A DNA stretch of 64,000 nucleotides from contig JBFWPF010000010.1 of NCBI GenBank assembly GCA_050250135.1, positions 780-64,779 of the forward strand. The letters are read 5' to 3'. This DNA is from Parachlamydiales bacterium (GTDB lineage: Bacteria; Chlamydiota; Chlamydiia; Chlamydiales; JAFEGQ01). Under the pieces are notes generated by a model that was given only the letters and a program-made list of their open reading frames with translations, was not told where the DNA came from and searched no databases. How positions within the stretch are numbered: position 1 is the first letter of the stretch; each line of letters begins with the position of its first letter. Made by a program: the position numbers and the translations under genes. Positions 26,300 through 35,496 of the stretch are shown piece after piece.

Positions 26300-26385
26300 C
26301 TATCCCGCTAATTTCAAATAGGTTCCTGCCACACTAGCCCAACGGAAGACTTGTTGTCAATCGATTTCAAGGGTATACCAAAGGG

Positions 26386-27675
26386 ATGCTTCTCCTCCAA
26401 ACTGAGCCAGGCTTTTGGGATGCTTTTACCCTGATCGCCCTCGCTGCGCTTGCCTTTGTCCTGGTCGGCCTCCTCTTGGCCCTCATGATCCTCTTTGTCC
26501 GGCGCCGCCTGGTTCCCAGCGGCGATGTGAAGATCCATATCAATGATAACGACTCGCTTACCAAAGAGGTTAAGACGGGCCAGACCCTCCTCTCGGCCCT
26601 CACCCTAAACGGTATCCCCATCCCTAGCCCCTGCGGCGGCAAAGCGACCTGCAAGCAGTGCAAGGTCAGGGTCAAGGAGGGGGGCGGCGCGATCCTCGAA
26701 ACCGAAAGGTCGGCCTTCAACAGAAAAGAGATAGCCTCCGGCTGGCGCCTCTCCTGCCAATGTAAAGTAAAAAATGACATTAGCATCGAGGTTCCCGAGG
26801 ATCTGCTCGAGGTGGAGGAGTTTACCGGCACCGTCCTCTCCAACCAAAACGTCGCCACTTTCATCAAGGAGCTGGCTGTCGAGATTCCCCAGCCGATCGA
26901 GTACCGCTCTGGGGGCTACCTCCAGTTTCACATCCCCCGCTTCTCCACCAACACTGAGGAGTGGCGGGCAACCATCGATCCCGAGTACCAGCCCGATTGG
27001 GAGGCTTACCACCTATTTGGTCAGGAGCTCGATTTTGCCCAGATCCCCGACAATTTTGTCCGGGCCTATTCCATGGCCTCCTACCCCGCTGAAGGGAGCC
27101 GGCTCCTCTTCAACATCCGGATCGCTACTCCCCCCAAGTCGGGTCTCCCCTGGGGGGTCGCCTCCAGCTACCTTTTTAGCCTTAAGGCCGGCGACAAGGT
27201 CCAGATGTCGGGCCCTTACGGCGAATCGTTCATGATCCCAGGGGACCAAGAGCTCGTCTTCCTCATCGGAGGGGCCGGCTCCTCATTTGGCCGCAGCCAC
27301 ATCCTCCACCTCTTCCACACCGAAAAGACCGAGCGGAAGGTGACCCTCTGGTATGGGGCCCGCTCCTTGCGCGAGAACATCTATCAAGAGGAATTCGAAG
27401 CGCTCGACAGGGATTTTCCCAACTTCACCTACCATCTCGTCCTCTCTGAGCCCCTTCCCGAGGACCTCGAGTCGGGCTGGCCCAAAGAGGACCCGCTGAA
27501 AACGGGCTTTGTCTTTAAGGCCTTTGAGGAGGGTCAGCTCAAGAAAATGGGGGATCCCGACGAGGCCCTCTACTACGTCTGCGGCCCGCCCCTCCACAAC
27601 AAGGCGGTCATGAAACTCCTCGACGACTACGGCGTCCCCCGCGACAATATCGTCCTGGATGACTTTGGCTCTTAG
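26386..27675 (+). CDS. nqrF: Na+-translocating NADH-quinone reductase subunit F
   Basis: 429 aa. N-terminal TM helix, 2Fe-2S ferredoxin motif CGGKATCKQCKV...C, FAD site RAYSMAS, NAD site GGAGSSF. Stand-alone, as in Chlamydia. Confidence 0.85.
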   Translation: MLLLQTEPGFWDAFTLIALAALAFVLVGLLLALMILFVRRRLVPSGDVKIHINDNDSLTKEVKTGQTLLSALTLNGIPIPSPCGGKATCKQCKVRVKEGGGAILETERSAFNRKEIASGWRLSCQCKVKNDISIEVPEDLLEVEEFTGTVLSNQNVATFIKELAVEIPQPIEYRSGGYLQFHIPRFSTNTEEWRATIDPEYQPDWEAYHLFGQELDFAQIPDNFVRAYSMASYPAEGSRLLFNIRIATPPKSGLPWGVASSYLFSLKAGDKVQMSGPYGESFMIPGDQELVFLIGGAGSSFGRSHILHLFHTEKTERKVTLWYGARSLRENIYQEEFEALDRDFPNFTYHLVLSEPLPEDLESGWPKEDPLKTGFVFKAFEEGQLKKMGDPDEALYYVCGPPLHNKAVMKLLDDYGVPRDNIVLDDFGS

Positions 27676-27690
27676 CGTTAAGGTGGTGAT

Positions 27691-29322
27691 ATGCGGATCT
27701 ATGCTGCCCAGCTCAACCCCACCATCGGCGCCCTTAAGGGCAATACTCAGAAGATCCTCGCTGCGATCGACCGGGGACGGGAGCAGGGGGCCGACCTGAT
27801 CCTTCTCCCCGAGCTGGCCATCTCGGGCTACCCCCCCGAGGACCTCCTCCTCCTCGAGTCCTTTGTCCCTGCCTGCGAGGCGATGCTAGAGCCCATTATC
27901 GAGGCCTCCAAGGGGCTTGCGGTGGTAGTGGGTTTGCCCCGGCGGGCGACCAAGGGGGAGAAGCCCTTCCACAACAGTGCGGCCATCATAGAGGAGGGGA
28001 AGCTCCTTGGTTTTCAGGACAAAACCTGCCTCCCTACCTACGATGTCTTCGACGAGCGGCGCTACTTTGAGCCCTCCCCAAAAAACCAAGTCTGGAAACT
28101 CCGAGGGGAGAGGGTTGCGATCACCATCTGCGAAGATATCTGGGGATGGGAGGAGCCGATTGTGCTGGCCGACTACCGCCGCCACCCGGTCGAGGAGCTG
28201 GCCTCCGCTCGTCCTACCTTCCACCTCAACCTCTCCGCCTCGCCCTACAGCTTTGAGAAATTCCCGATGCGCCTCGAGGCCCTCCAACGGGCCTCCCAGC
28301 ACCTTAAGGTCCCCTCCCTCCTCTGCAACCAGGTCGGCGGCAACGACAGCCTGATATTCGATGGGCACACCTTCCTTATCGACCGGGAGGGGCGGGTGCT
28401 TGCCCGAGCCAAGGGCTTTGCGGAGGATAACCTCCTGATCGACACTCGCAAACTCCCCCCTCCCCTCGTCCTAGAAGAGAACCCTTATGGCGAGCTCTAC
28501 CGTGCCCTGGTGATGGGGGTACGCGATTACTTTGAGAAGAGCGGCTTTAAAACGGCCTGCCTCGGCCTCTCGGGGGGGATCGACTCGGCCCTTGTTGCCG
28601 CCATCGGCGCCGACGCCCTTGGCCCTCAGAACATCCTGGGGCTACTGATGCCCGGCCCCTACAATCCCCCCTCTTCCCTCGAGGATGCACAGCTGCTCGC
28701 CCAAAACCTCGGCATCAAAACCCTTACCCTGCCCATAGGGCCCCTCTACGAGACCTTTCTCACCACCCTCACCCCCCATTTTGAAGGGAAGGCCCCCGAC
28801 ACCACCGAGGAGAACCTCCAGGCGCGGATCCGGGGCATGCTCCTGATGGCGATCTCCAACAAGCATGGGCACATCGTCCTCAGCACTGGAAACAAGAGTG
28901 AGATGGCGACCGGCTATGCGACCCTTTATGGCGATATGTGTGGAGGGCTTGGTGTTCTCAGCGATGTTCCAAAGATGAAGGTCTACGCCCTCTGCAAACA
29001 CCTCAACCGGGAGGGGGAGCGGATCCCCCACAATATCCTGGTCAAGCCCCCGTCGGCCGAGCTTGCCGAGGGGCAGGTCGATGCCGATACCCTCCCCCCC
29101 TACTCGATCGTCGACCAGGTCCTCGAGGATTATGTCCAGCGCCACCTCTCTCCAGAAACGATTGCCGAGAGGCGCTCTCTCCCCTTTCCGATCGTGCTCG
29201 ACCTCGTCAAGCGGATCCACCGAAACGAGTACAAACGGCGGCAGGCTCCCCCCGGCCTTAGGGTCACCGAGAAGGCCTTTAGTGTCGGCCGCCGCTTCCC
29301 CATCGTCCAGAAATGGTCCTAA
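27691..29322 (+). CDS. nadE: Glutamine-dependent NAD+ synthetase (nitrilase domain + NAD synthase domain)
   Basis: 543 aa. N-terminal CN-hydrolase (LPELAISGYPPEDL, ICEDIW) and PP-loop LGLSGGIDSAL. Confidence 0.9.
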   Translation: MRIYAAQLNPTIGALKGNTQKILAAIDRGREQGADLILLPELAISGYPPEDLLLLESFVPACEAMLEPIIEASKGLAVVVGLPRRATKGEKPFHNSAAIIEEGKLLGFQDKTCLPTYDVFDERRYFEPSPKNQVWKLRGERVAITICEDIWGWEEPIVLADYRRHPVEELASARPTFHLNLSASPYSFEKFPMRLEALQRASQHLKVPSLLCNQVGGNDSLIFDGHTFLIDREGRVLARAKGFAEDNLLIDTRKLPPPLVLEENPYGELYRALVMGVRDYFEKSGFKTACLGLSGGIDSALVAAIGADALGPQNILGLLMPGPYNPPSSLEDAQLLAQNLGIKTLTLPIGPLYETFLTTLTPHFEGKAPDTTEENLQARIRGMLLMAISNKHGHIVLSTGNKSEMATGYATLYGDMCGGLGVLSDVPKMKVYALCKHLNREGERIPHNILVKPPSAELAEGQVDADTLPPYSIVDQVLEDYVQRHLSPETIAERRSLPFPIVLDLVKRIHRNEYKRRQAPPGLRVTEKAFSVGRRFPIVQKWS

Positions 29323-29435
29323 TTTCGACCCTATGGAGCGCTCATTTGGCTTGATTTTTGACCATACAGAGCGCCTATTTGCCTTGATTTTTAACCACCT
29401 TAACCTAAAAACAGCCTTGATTTTTAACCATATTT
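29308..29435. repeat. Array of ~4 degenerate tandem 33-34-bp repeats starting in the last codons of nadE
   Basis: Units: CAGAAATGGTCCTAATTTCGACCCTATGGAGCGCT / CATTTGGCTTGATTTTTGACCATACAGAGCGCCT / ATTTGCCTTGATTTTTAACCACCTTAACC... / ...AGCCTTGATTTTTAACCATATT. The first ~60 bp recur at 30921-30979. Confidence 0.8.
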
Positions 29436-29468
29436 TGCATAAGGTGATGAAAAACAGGGGATTGAATC

Positions 29469-30812
29469 GTGAAGCGCCTGATCCATGCCGATTTACGTAA
29501 GTGGAAAGGGAAGCCCAACCGTAAGCCTCTGCTTATCCGTGGCGCTAGACAGGTCGGAAAAACTCACGCAGTACGCACCCTAGCGGAGAGCTTTGAGGAC
29601 TTTGTGGAACTGAACCTGGAGAACGACCCTAAAGCCTGCACAGTCTTCGAGCCCGATCTAAAGGCTGATCGGATTCTCAGGGATTTAACCATCCACCTGA
29701 AGCGTCCCATCACGCCCGGAAAAACACTGCTCTTTATTGATGAAATTCAAGCGGCCCCCAAGGCTATTATTGCCCTCAGGTATCTCTATGAAGAGGTACC
29801 CGACCTGCATGTGATTGCTGCAGGATCGTTGCTGGATTTTGCGATTCAACAGGTCGGCGTCCCCGTTGGGCGGATAGAGTTCCTTTACATGTACCCCCTC
29901 TCCTTTGCAGAATTTCTCGTATCGATGGGCGCAAGTGGCCTATGCGGCCAAGTTCTAGAGCATCCAATCGACACTCCCATGTTCCCCCTGTTCCATGACC
30001 AACTGATTCGAATGCTCGGTGAATATCTGGTCATTGGTGGAATGCCAGAGGTGGTCAAAGGTTGGCGCGACACCCAAGATCCTGAACACTGCTTAACCAT
30101 TCAACATCGCATTCTTACCGCCTACCAGTATGATTTTCCCAAATATGCCAAGCAATTTCAGCTCAAGTATCTCGAGATTTTATTCCGCCAGCTACCGCAC
30201 TGGACTGGACAACGCTTCAAGTACTCCCAAATAGGCGAGGGTTATCGAAAACGGGAATTGGAGCCCTGCTTAGAGCTGCTTCGGACGGCTGGAATGGTTC
30301 ATCAGGTTATGCATACGGCCGGCCAAGGAATTCCTATTGGCTCTGATGTCAGATTTGATATCTTTAAGACCCTATTCCTAGATGTCGGCCTCACCCAAGC
30401 CCAGTTAGGCCTCGATCTAGCCGACTATTTTCTGAATCCCCAGGAAGCGCTTGTGAATAGCGGTGCCATTGCTGAAGCCTACGTAGGACAAGAACTGCTT
30501 GCCTATTCTCCCCCTTATAAAAAAAGTGATCTCTTTTACTGGGAAAGGTTGGTACGGTCCAGCGCAGCAGAGGTCGACTATCTCCACCAAGCGGGTCCGC
30601 ACATCCTACCCATCGAAGTGAAAGGCGGAAGAGGGAACACACTCCGATCACTCCACCGATTCCTCGAAACCCACCCCAAAACCCCCTACGGAGTCCGTTT
30701 TTCTACCCGCAACTACTCGAAGCATGACAACATCCACTCCTATCCCCTCTATGCAGTGATGCAATTCGCCAAATGGGATGGGCAGGAGGCTTGGGAGGCG
30801 CTCCTCAGCTAA
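29469..30812 (+). CDS. AAA+ ATPase with DUF4143-type C-terminal region carrying a PD-(D/E)xK-like motif (COG1373 family), paralogue 1
   Basis: 447 aa, GTG start. Walker A GARQVGKTH, Walker B LLFIDEIQ, C-terminal AEVDYL...ILPIEVKGG (D...ExK). Confidence 0.85.
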   Translation: MKRLIHADLRKWKGKPNRKPLLIRGARQVGKTHAVRTLAESFEDFVELNLENDPKACTVFEPDLKADRILRDLTIHLKRPITPGKTLLFIDEIQAAPKAIIALRYLYEEVPDLHVIAAGSLLDFAIQQVGVPVGRIEFLYMYPLSFAEFLVSMGASGLCGQVLEHPIDTPMFPLFHDQLIRMLGEYLVIGGMPEVVKGWRDTQDPEHCLTIQHRILTAYQYDFPKYAKQFQLKYLEILFRQLPHWTGQRFKYSQIGEGYRKRELEPCLELLRTAGMVHQVMHTAGQGIPIGSDVRFDIFKTLFLDVGLTQAQLGLDLADYFLNPQEALVNSGAIAEAYVGQELLAYSPPYKKSDLFYWERLVRSSAAEVDYLHQAGPHILPIEVKGGRGNTLRSLHRFLETHPKTPYGVRFSTRNYSKHDNIHSYPLYAVMQFAKWDGQEAWEALLS

Positions 30813-30885
30813 GTGGCAGAATTTCTTAGCTTAAACTTGAGGACGTCGCCAAAGCCAACGTCTTCCCAGCCACTACTTCCCCATG

Positions 30886-30979
30886 ACAAAAATGGTCGTG
30901 ATTTCGACCATCTAAGACATCAAAATGGTCGCTTTTTCGACCATATGGAGCATCCATTTGGTTTGATTTTCGACCACAG
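30886..30979. repeat. Array of 3 tandem 33-bp repeats, each with an ATGGTCG-N6-CGACCAT palindrome or its variant
   Basis: ATGGTCG-TGATTT-CGACCAT at 30892-30911 and ATGGTCG-CTTTTT-CGACCAT at 30925-30944 (33-bp period). The third unit is CCATTTGGTTTGATTTTCGACCAC. Confidence 0.85.
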
Positions 30980-31045
30980 ATTCTGCAATATGTTCATATT
31001 TAGAGAATTAGAAATATGGAGTGAGAAGGTATCGGAATGTCACGA

Positions 31046-31876
31046 TCAGCTGAGGACATCGGCGATATCAGAAACACCTAACTTGAGCATCAGGAGGCGG
31101 TCGAAGCCGACGGCGACGCCGCAGCAGTCGGGAAAGGGGCCAAGGGGCATCACCGTTTCGGGATAGACCTCCTTGCCTAGGGCCCCCCTCAGCTGGTTTT
31201 GCTCCAAAAGGCGCCGCTTGTGCTCTACCGGATCGGTCAGCTCATCATAACCATTCGCTAGCTCCATCCCCTGGAAAAAAAGCTCAAACCGCTCACTACC
31301 CCGCTCGCTTACCTTAGCCAGAGCGGCCTGCGAGGGGGGAAAATGGGTCACGATGTAAAAGGGCTCCCCTGATAGCTGCGGCTCAATTTTGGTCGCGAGG
31401 AGGTAGTTCTGCTGCTCTTCCGAAAGGGCGCCAGGGTCGATCCCCGCATGCCTCTGAAAGGCCTCCGAGTAGCTCATCACCTCGAGGGGGCGCTCTCCCA
31501 CAAACAGAGCGGCAAGGGCAGCGGTCTCCTCCCACATCTGCTGCAGGGAAAAGCCGAGGCGGTACCACTCGATCATCGCAAATTCGGGGCGGTGGCGCCT
31601 GCCCGACTCCCCATCTCGGAAGACATGGGAGAGCTGGTAGATGTCGCTAAGGCCCGCTTTTAAGAGGTTCTTCATCCCATATTCGGGCGAGGAGTGGAGG
31701 TACCACCGCTCCCCCATCACCTCGGCAGCAATCAGGTCGATATGGGCGTCGATGGAGGGGTCGGGTGAGAGGGCGGCGCAGTCGACCTCCATCACCCCCC
31801 GCTCATGGAAAAACTCCCGGACGCAGCGGAGCATCCGGGCCCGCTCCTTCAAATTACTTAGAGGAGCGGGAGACAT
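31046..31876 (-). CDS. epmA: Elongation factor P--(R)-beta-lysine ligase (EpmA/PoxA/GenX)
   Basis: Class II aaRS-like core. Aligns with E. coli EpmA from NLKERARMLRCVREFF (E. coli NLLKRAAIMAEIRRFF) to the C-terminal GVAVGFDRLLML. Start chosen at MSPAPL (31876); ATG 31912 is also possible. Sits directly downstream of efp. Confidence 0.85.
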   Translation of the reverse strand: MSPAPLSNLKERARMLRCVREFFHERGVMEVDCAALSPDPSIDAHIDLIAAEVMGERWYLHSSPEYGMKNLLKAGLSDIYQLSHVFRDGESGRRHRPEFAMIEWYRLGFSLQQMWEETAALAALFVGERPLEVMSYSEAFQRHAGIDPGALSEEQQNYLLATKIEPQLSGEPFYIVTHFPPSQAALAKVSERGSERFELFFQGMELANGYDELTDPVEHKRRLLEQNQLRGALGKEVYPETVMPLGPFPDCCGVAVGFDRLLMLKLGVSDIADVLS

Positions 31877-32426
31877 ACTCGCCAGTGCGGGTGTCGATCT
31901 TGACCACCTCATGCTGGTCGATAAAGATGGGCACCTGAACCTTAGCTCCCGTATCGGTAATGGCGGCCTTAAGGACCCGGCCCGACGCCGTATCCCCTTT
32001 GACCCCCGGCTCGGTCTCCACGATCTCCATATCGATGAAGGTAGGGGGGTTGACCAGCACTGGAGCCCCCTTGTAGGAGATCACCTCGTAGAGGAGATCC
32101 TCCTTAAGCCACTGCTCCGAATCGGCGATCACCGCATGGGGGACTGTGAGCTGCTCATAGGTCTGGTCATCCATAAAGACCGCATCCTGCCCATCCCGGT
32201 AGGAGAAGCGCATTTGAGCCTCAGCGACATCGGCTAGCTCGATCTTCTCACCTGACTTGTAGGTCCGCTCAATGACCCGTCCGGTTAGAAGCCCTTTCAG
32301 CTTAACCCGAGTGAAGGCCTGCCCCTTGCCCGGCTTGACAAAGTCGACCCCTACAATGACCCAGGGCTGTCCATCTACCTCGACCTTGAGCCCCGCCTTA
32401 AACTGGTTGGTTGCTATCTGCGCCAT
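31854..32426 (-). CDS. efp: Elongation factor P
   Basis: FVKPGKGQAFTRVKLK loop with the modifiable lysine, and C-terminal KIDTRTGEYVSR. Start at MAQIATNQF. Confidence 0.9.
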   Translation of the reverse strand: MAQIATNQFKAGLKVEVDGQPWVIVGVDFVKPGKGQAFTRVKLKGLLTGRVIERTYKSGEKIELADVAEAQMRFSYRDGQDAVFMDDQTYEQLTVPHAVIADSEQWLKEDLLYEVISYKGAPVLVNPPTFIDMEIVETEPGVKGDTASGRVLKAAITDTGAKVQVPIFIDQHEVVKIDTRTGEYVSRSSK

Positions 32427-32541
32427 CCCCATCCTCCGATTATAAGGGGGAGATCATACCCCCGATTATGACCTCTTGTAAAGAGACGATAGACCCCCAT
32501 CACGACTTGCCCCCATTAGGGCCCGTCGCTAAGATGGGACC

Positions 32542-33357
32542 ATGGATGCCCATAGCCCCGAAATTGCCGCGCATCAGGAGAAGATCGCCCGGGATACCCT
32601 CGAGCGCTACTCGGGCTCCCCGATCAACAAATTTCAAAATTACCTTATCTTAACTAACTTTGGCCGCTACGTCGATTACTTTGCCGATACGCGGGGCCTT
32701 GAGGTTTTCGAGGGGTCGATGTTCAAGGTGGCCCACAGCCCCGAAGAGGACATCAGTGTCCTCGACTTTAAGATTGGCTCCCCGGCGGCAGCCCTGGTTG
32801 TCGACGTTTGCGCCTTCCTCCCCTTCCAAGCGGTTCTCCTCCTCGGGATGTGTGCCGGCCTTCGCCGCCACTACCGGGTCGGCGATTACTTTGTCCCCAT
32901 CGCCGCTATTCGAGGTGATGGGACGAGCGACTTCTACTTTCCCCCTGAGGTTCCGGCCCTTGCCAACTTTGTGGTGCAGAAGGCGGTGACCGATGTCCTC
33001 CAGACCAAGGAGATCGAGTACCACATTGGGATCACCCACACGACCAACAAGCGGTTTTGGGAGTTCAACGACAAGTTCAAGGAGCGGCTGAAGGAGAACC
33101 GGGCCCAGGCCCTTGAGATGGAGTGCGCTACCCTCTTCCTCGCCAGCTACCGCCACAAGCTCCCCCTCGGCGCCCTCCTCCTCGTCTCCGATCTCCCCTT
33201 GGCGCGGGATGGGATCAAGACCAAGGAGAGCAGCAAGTTCGTCTTTGACACCTACATGGCCGATCATGTCGAGATGGGGGTAGAGATCCTCCATAGGACG
33301 AAGAGCATGAAGAAGCGGCATGTCAAGGGGATCCGCCGCGAAGCGATGGATGGGTGA
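32542..33357 (+). CDS. amn: AMP nucleosidase-like protein (PNP/UDP phosphorylase family, short form)
   Basis: 271 aa. GMCAGL, IRGDGTS and LEMECATLF motifs of the nucleoside phosphorylase-I fold. Layout is like the catalytic domain of AMP nucleosidase. Confidence 0.7.
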   Translation: MDAHSPEIAAHQEKIARDTLERYSGSPINKFQNYLILTNFGRYVDYFADTRGLEVFEGSMFKVAHSPEEDISVLDFKIGSPAAALVVDVCAFLPFQAVLLLGMCAGLRRHYRVGDYFVPIAAIRGDGTSDFYFPPEVPALANFVVQKAVTDVLQTKEIEYHIGITHTTNKRFWEFNDKFKERLKENRAQALEMECATLFLASYRHKLPLGALLLVSDLPLARDGIKTKESSKFVFDTYMADHVEMGVEILHRTKSMKKRHVKGIRREAMDG

Positions 33358-34097
33358 ACACCCTACTCTTCCTTATGGTGAGTCTCCATATCCTACCCGG
33401 CACTGGCCCCCGCACCCTCCTCCTCTTCCATGGCTATGGGGGGAGCCAAGAGATTGCCGACCAGATTCGCGCGGCCGATGTCACCGATGCTACCCTTGTT
33501 AGCTTCAACTTTCCCGACCACGACCTTACCGACTATGACCCCGAAAGGGCCACCTTTGGCACCCCAGGTGAGCTGATTCCTGCTCTGGAGGCCCTCACAC
33601 AGCTAATCGTGACCGAGGGCAGGCGCAATGTCGACCTCTACGGCTTTTCAGCAGGGGGCGGCGCCCTCATCAATCTGATCGCCCTGCTCAATAGCGACCG
33701 CTATCAGGTGGCCCACCGACAGGAGCTCCTCGAGGTGATCCAACAAGGTAGTATCTTGCTCGACGCTCCCTTCAAATCGATCGAAGAGATCATCGCCTTT
33801 CGGGGCCCATCGGAGGAGTTTTCCCTAATGGCGGAGCGGTATGCGCGTAACCGGATGAGGCCAATCGACTCCCTGGAGGGGTGGAAGGGGCTAAGATTAA
33901 ATGTGATTATCTATTTCGAGAGGCCCGATGAAGTCCTCTCCAACCGGGACGACTCCCTCTTTGTCGAGCGGCTCCGGCAGGTAAACAAAGACGGAACAAA
34001 CACGATCCTTTTCGGCACCACCGGTGGCCACAACGCCCTCCACCCTGCTCTCTGGAGCGCTTACCGTCAAGCGTCAAAATCTCTATCTCGTTCATAA
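33354..34097 (+). CDS. Alpha/beta-hydrolase fold protein
   Basis: 247 aa. LLLFHGYGG oxyanion region and nucleophile elbow GFSAG. 4-nt overlap with amn. Confidence 0.6.
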   Translation: MNTLLFLMVSLHILPGTGPRTLLLFHGYGGSQEIADQIRAADVTDATLVSFNFPDHDLTDYDPERATFGTPGELIPALEALTQLIVTEGRRNVDLYGFSAGGGALINLIALLNSDRYQVAHRQELLEVIQQGSILLDAPFKSIEEIIAFRGPSEEFSLMAERYARNRMRPIDSLEGWKGLRLNVIIYFERPDEVLSNRDDSLFVERLRQVNKDGTNTILFGTTGGHNALHPALWSAYRQASKSLSRS

Positions 34098-34177
34098 CCA
34101 ACCATTTTTGATTGACCAAAAGACGATCGATCGTAAAATGGTCGCGACCAAAATACGATCCATCGTAAAATGGTCGT
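34098..34177. repeat. Tandem 32-bp repeat x2 (29/32) plus a leading variant unit, ending 3 nt before the ATPase-2 start codon
   Basis: GACCAAAAGACGATCGATCGTAAAATGGTCGC (34114-34145) / GACCAAAATACGATCCATCGTAAAATGGTCGT (34146-34177), preceded by CCATTTTTGATTGACCA. Contains ATGGTCG|CGACCAA at 34137-34150. Confidence 0.85.
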
Positions 34178-34180
34178 AAG

Positions 34181-35389
34181 ATGAGAAGACGAGTCTATAA
34201 CGCTGCTATTGAGGCCCAGTTTGAGGAAGACCGGCAGATGCTCTTCCTAATGGGGCCACGTCAGGTAGGAAAGACGACAGCTAGTTTGCTTTCAGGTCAC
34301 GACGATGAGGACCTGTACTATTTCAATTGGGACGACCTAGAACAAAGAGCTCTATTAACAAAAGGGGCCTCTGCCATTGCTGAGGAGGTCGATCTCGAGG
34401 CGCTCAGAGAGCCCAAGCCTGTGATCATTTTTGATGAAGTTCATAAGGCACCCCATTGGAAAGCCCTTCTTAAGGGGTTTTTCGACCTATATGGAACGCT
34501 AGCCCATATCCTTGTGACCGGCAGTGCCCGCTTAGATGTCTACAAGAAAGGGGGAGATAGCTTGATGGGGCGCTATTTCCGTTACCGCCTTCACCCTTTC
34601 TCGGTTGCCGAACTTGTCAACCCTACACTGCCCAAAGGAGAAATTCGATCGCCAAAATCGCTCCCGAAGGCCGACTGGGAGCGTCTATTGACCTTTGGGG
34701 GATTCCCCGAACCCTATTTGAATGGGACGAGGCGCTTTTACAACCGATGGCGCACCATGCGCAATCACCAGGTCTTCCGCGAGGACTTGCGGGACCTCAG
34801 CCGGGTTCAAGAGCTTTCGCAGATTGAACTCTTAGCTGAACTGATGCGCCTGCAAGCGGGCTCTCTCACCAGCTATCACTCGTGGGCAACTCACGTCCGT
34901 ATCTCCTCCGATACCGTGCGCCGTTGGGTTGAGCTCCTACAATCGGTCTTCTATTGCTTTGCGATCCGCCCTTGGTCAAAAAACGTCGGGCGCTCCCTGC
35001 TGAAGGAACCAAAGTTCTATCTGTATGACTGGTCACTGGTCGATGACGAGGGGGCCCGCTTTGAGAATCTCGTAGCCTCTCACCTCCTAAAAGCGGTCCA
35101 TTTCTGGAGTGACTACGGCTTTGGAGAGTATGGCCTCTTCTATATCCGCACTAAGGAGAAGCGGGAGGTCGATTTTTGCGTCACAAAAGAGGGGAAACCT
35201 TGGATACTCGTCGAGGCCAAGGTGGGAAAGGAGAGGCTCTCTCCGCAGCTGGGCTATTTTCAGGAGAAGTTGGGGTGCCCCTATGCCTTTCAGGTGGTGC
35301 GCGATCTCCCCTATGTCAACAAGGACTGCTTTGCACAAGATCGCCCCCTCATTGTCCCCGCCAGAACATTCCTCTCGCAGCTGATTTAA
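34181..35389 (+). CDS. AAA+ ATPase with DUF4143-type C-terminal PD-(D/E)xK-like motif (COG1373 family), paralogue 2
   Basis: 402 aa. Walker A GPRQVGKTT, Walker B VIIFDEVH, C-terminal REVDFCVTKEGKPWILVEAKVG. Roughly half the residues are identical to paralogue 3. Confidence 0.85.
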   Translation: MRRRVYNAAIEAQFEEDRQMLFLMGPRQVGKTTASLLSGHDDEDLYYFNWDDLEQRALLTKGASAIAEEVDLEALREPKPVIIFDEVHKAPHWKALLKGFFDLYGTLAHILVTGSARLDVYKKGGDSLMGRYFRYRLHPFSVAELVNPTLPKGEIRSPKSLPKADWERLLTFGGFPEPYLNGTRRFYNRWRTMRNHQVFREDLRDLSRVQELSQIELLAELMRLQAGSLTSYHSWATHVRISSDTVRRWVELLQSVFYCFAIRPWSKNVGRSLLKEPKFYLYDWSLVDDEGARFENLVASHLLKAVHFWSDYGFGEYGLFYIRTKEKREVDFCVTKEGKPWILVEAKVGKERLSPQLGYFQEKLGCPYAFQVVRDLPYVNKDCFAQDRPLIVPARTFLSQLI

Positions 35390-35496
35390 CCTCTGATTAC
35401 ACGCTCCCATACACCTTGATCTACAGGTCTGGTCCCTTGCGTGTTATCGACCGGTTGTTAATAATGACTTTCTTAAACCAATGGAGGAATGTCGTT

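Noticed and set aside
29063-29500. ORFs 29063-29500 and 30813-31166, whose translations contain a repeated peptide F(G/A)LIF(D/N)H (…SFGLIFDHTERLFALIFNHLNLKTALIFNH…; …FFDHMEHPFGLIFDH…).
   Set aside because: The peptide periodicity simply mirrors the 33-bp DNA repeat arrays. The first ORF is out of frame inside nadE for most of its length. Neither has an RBS or a plausible start. They are treated as DNA-level repeats.
29308-30979. Whether the short tandem repeat arrays (29308-29435, 30886-30979, 34098-34177) could be a CRISPR array.
   Set aside because: The units are contiguous with no unique spacers. There are only 2-4 degenerate units per array and no cas genes in the window.
32459-32498. 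CCCCCGATTATGACCTCTTGTAAAGAGACGATAGACCCCC in the efp-amn spacer, as a collapsed copy of the 157-bp MITE.
   Set aside because: It shares only ~15 nt with the left end and 8 nt (GACGATAG) with the right end, and the ends are not inverted repeats of each other. It is mentioned only as a possible relic and not annotated.
35176-35496. The 5' extension of the WD40 ORF (ORF-track start 35176).
   Set aside because: It overlaps the 3' end of ATPase paralogue 2 in another frame, with an Arg/Gly/Pro-rich junk translation. A GGAGG-ATG start at 35497 directly precedes the first WD repeat.
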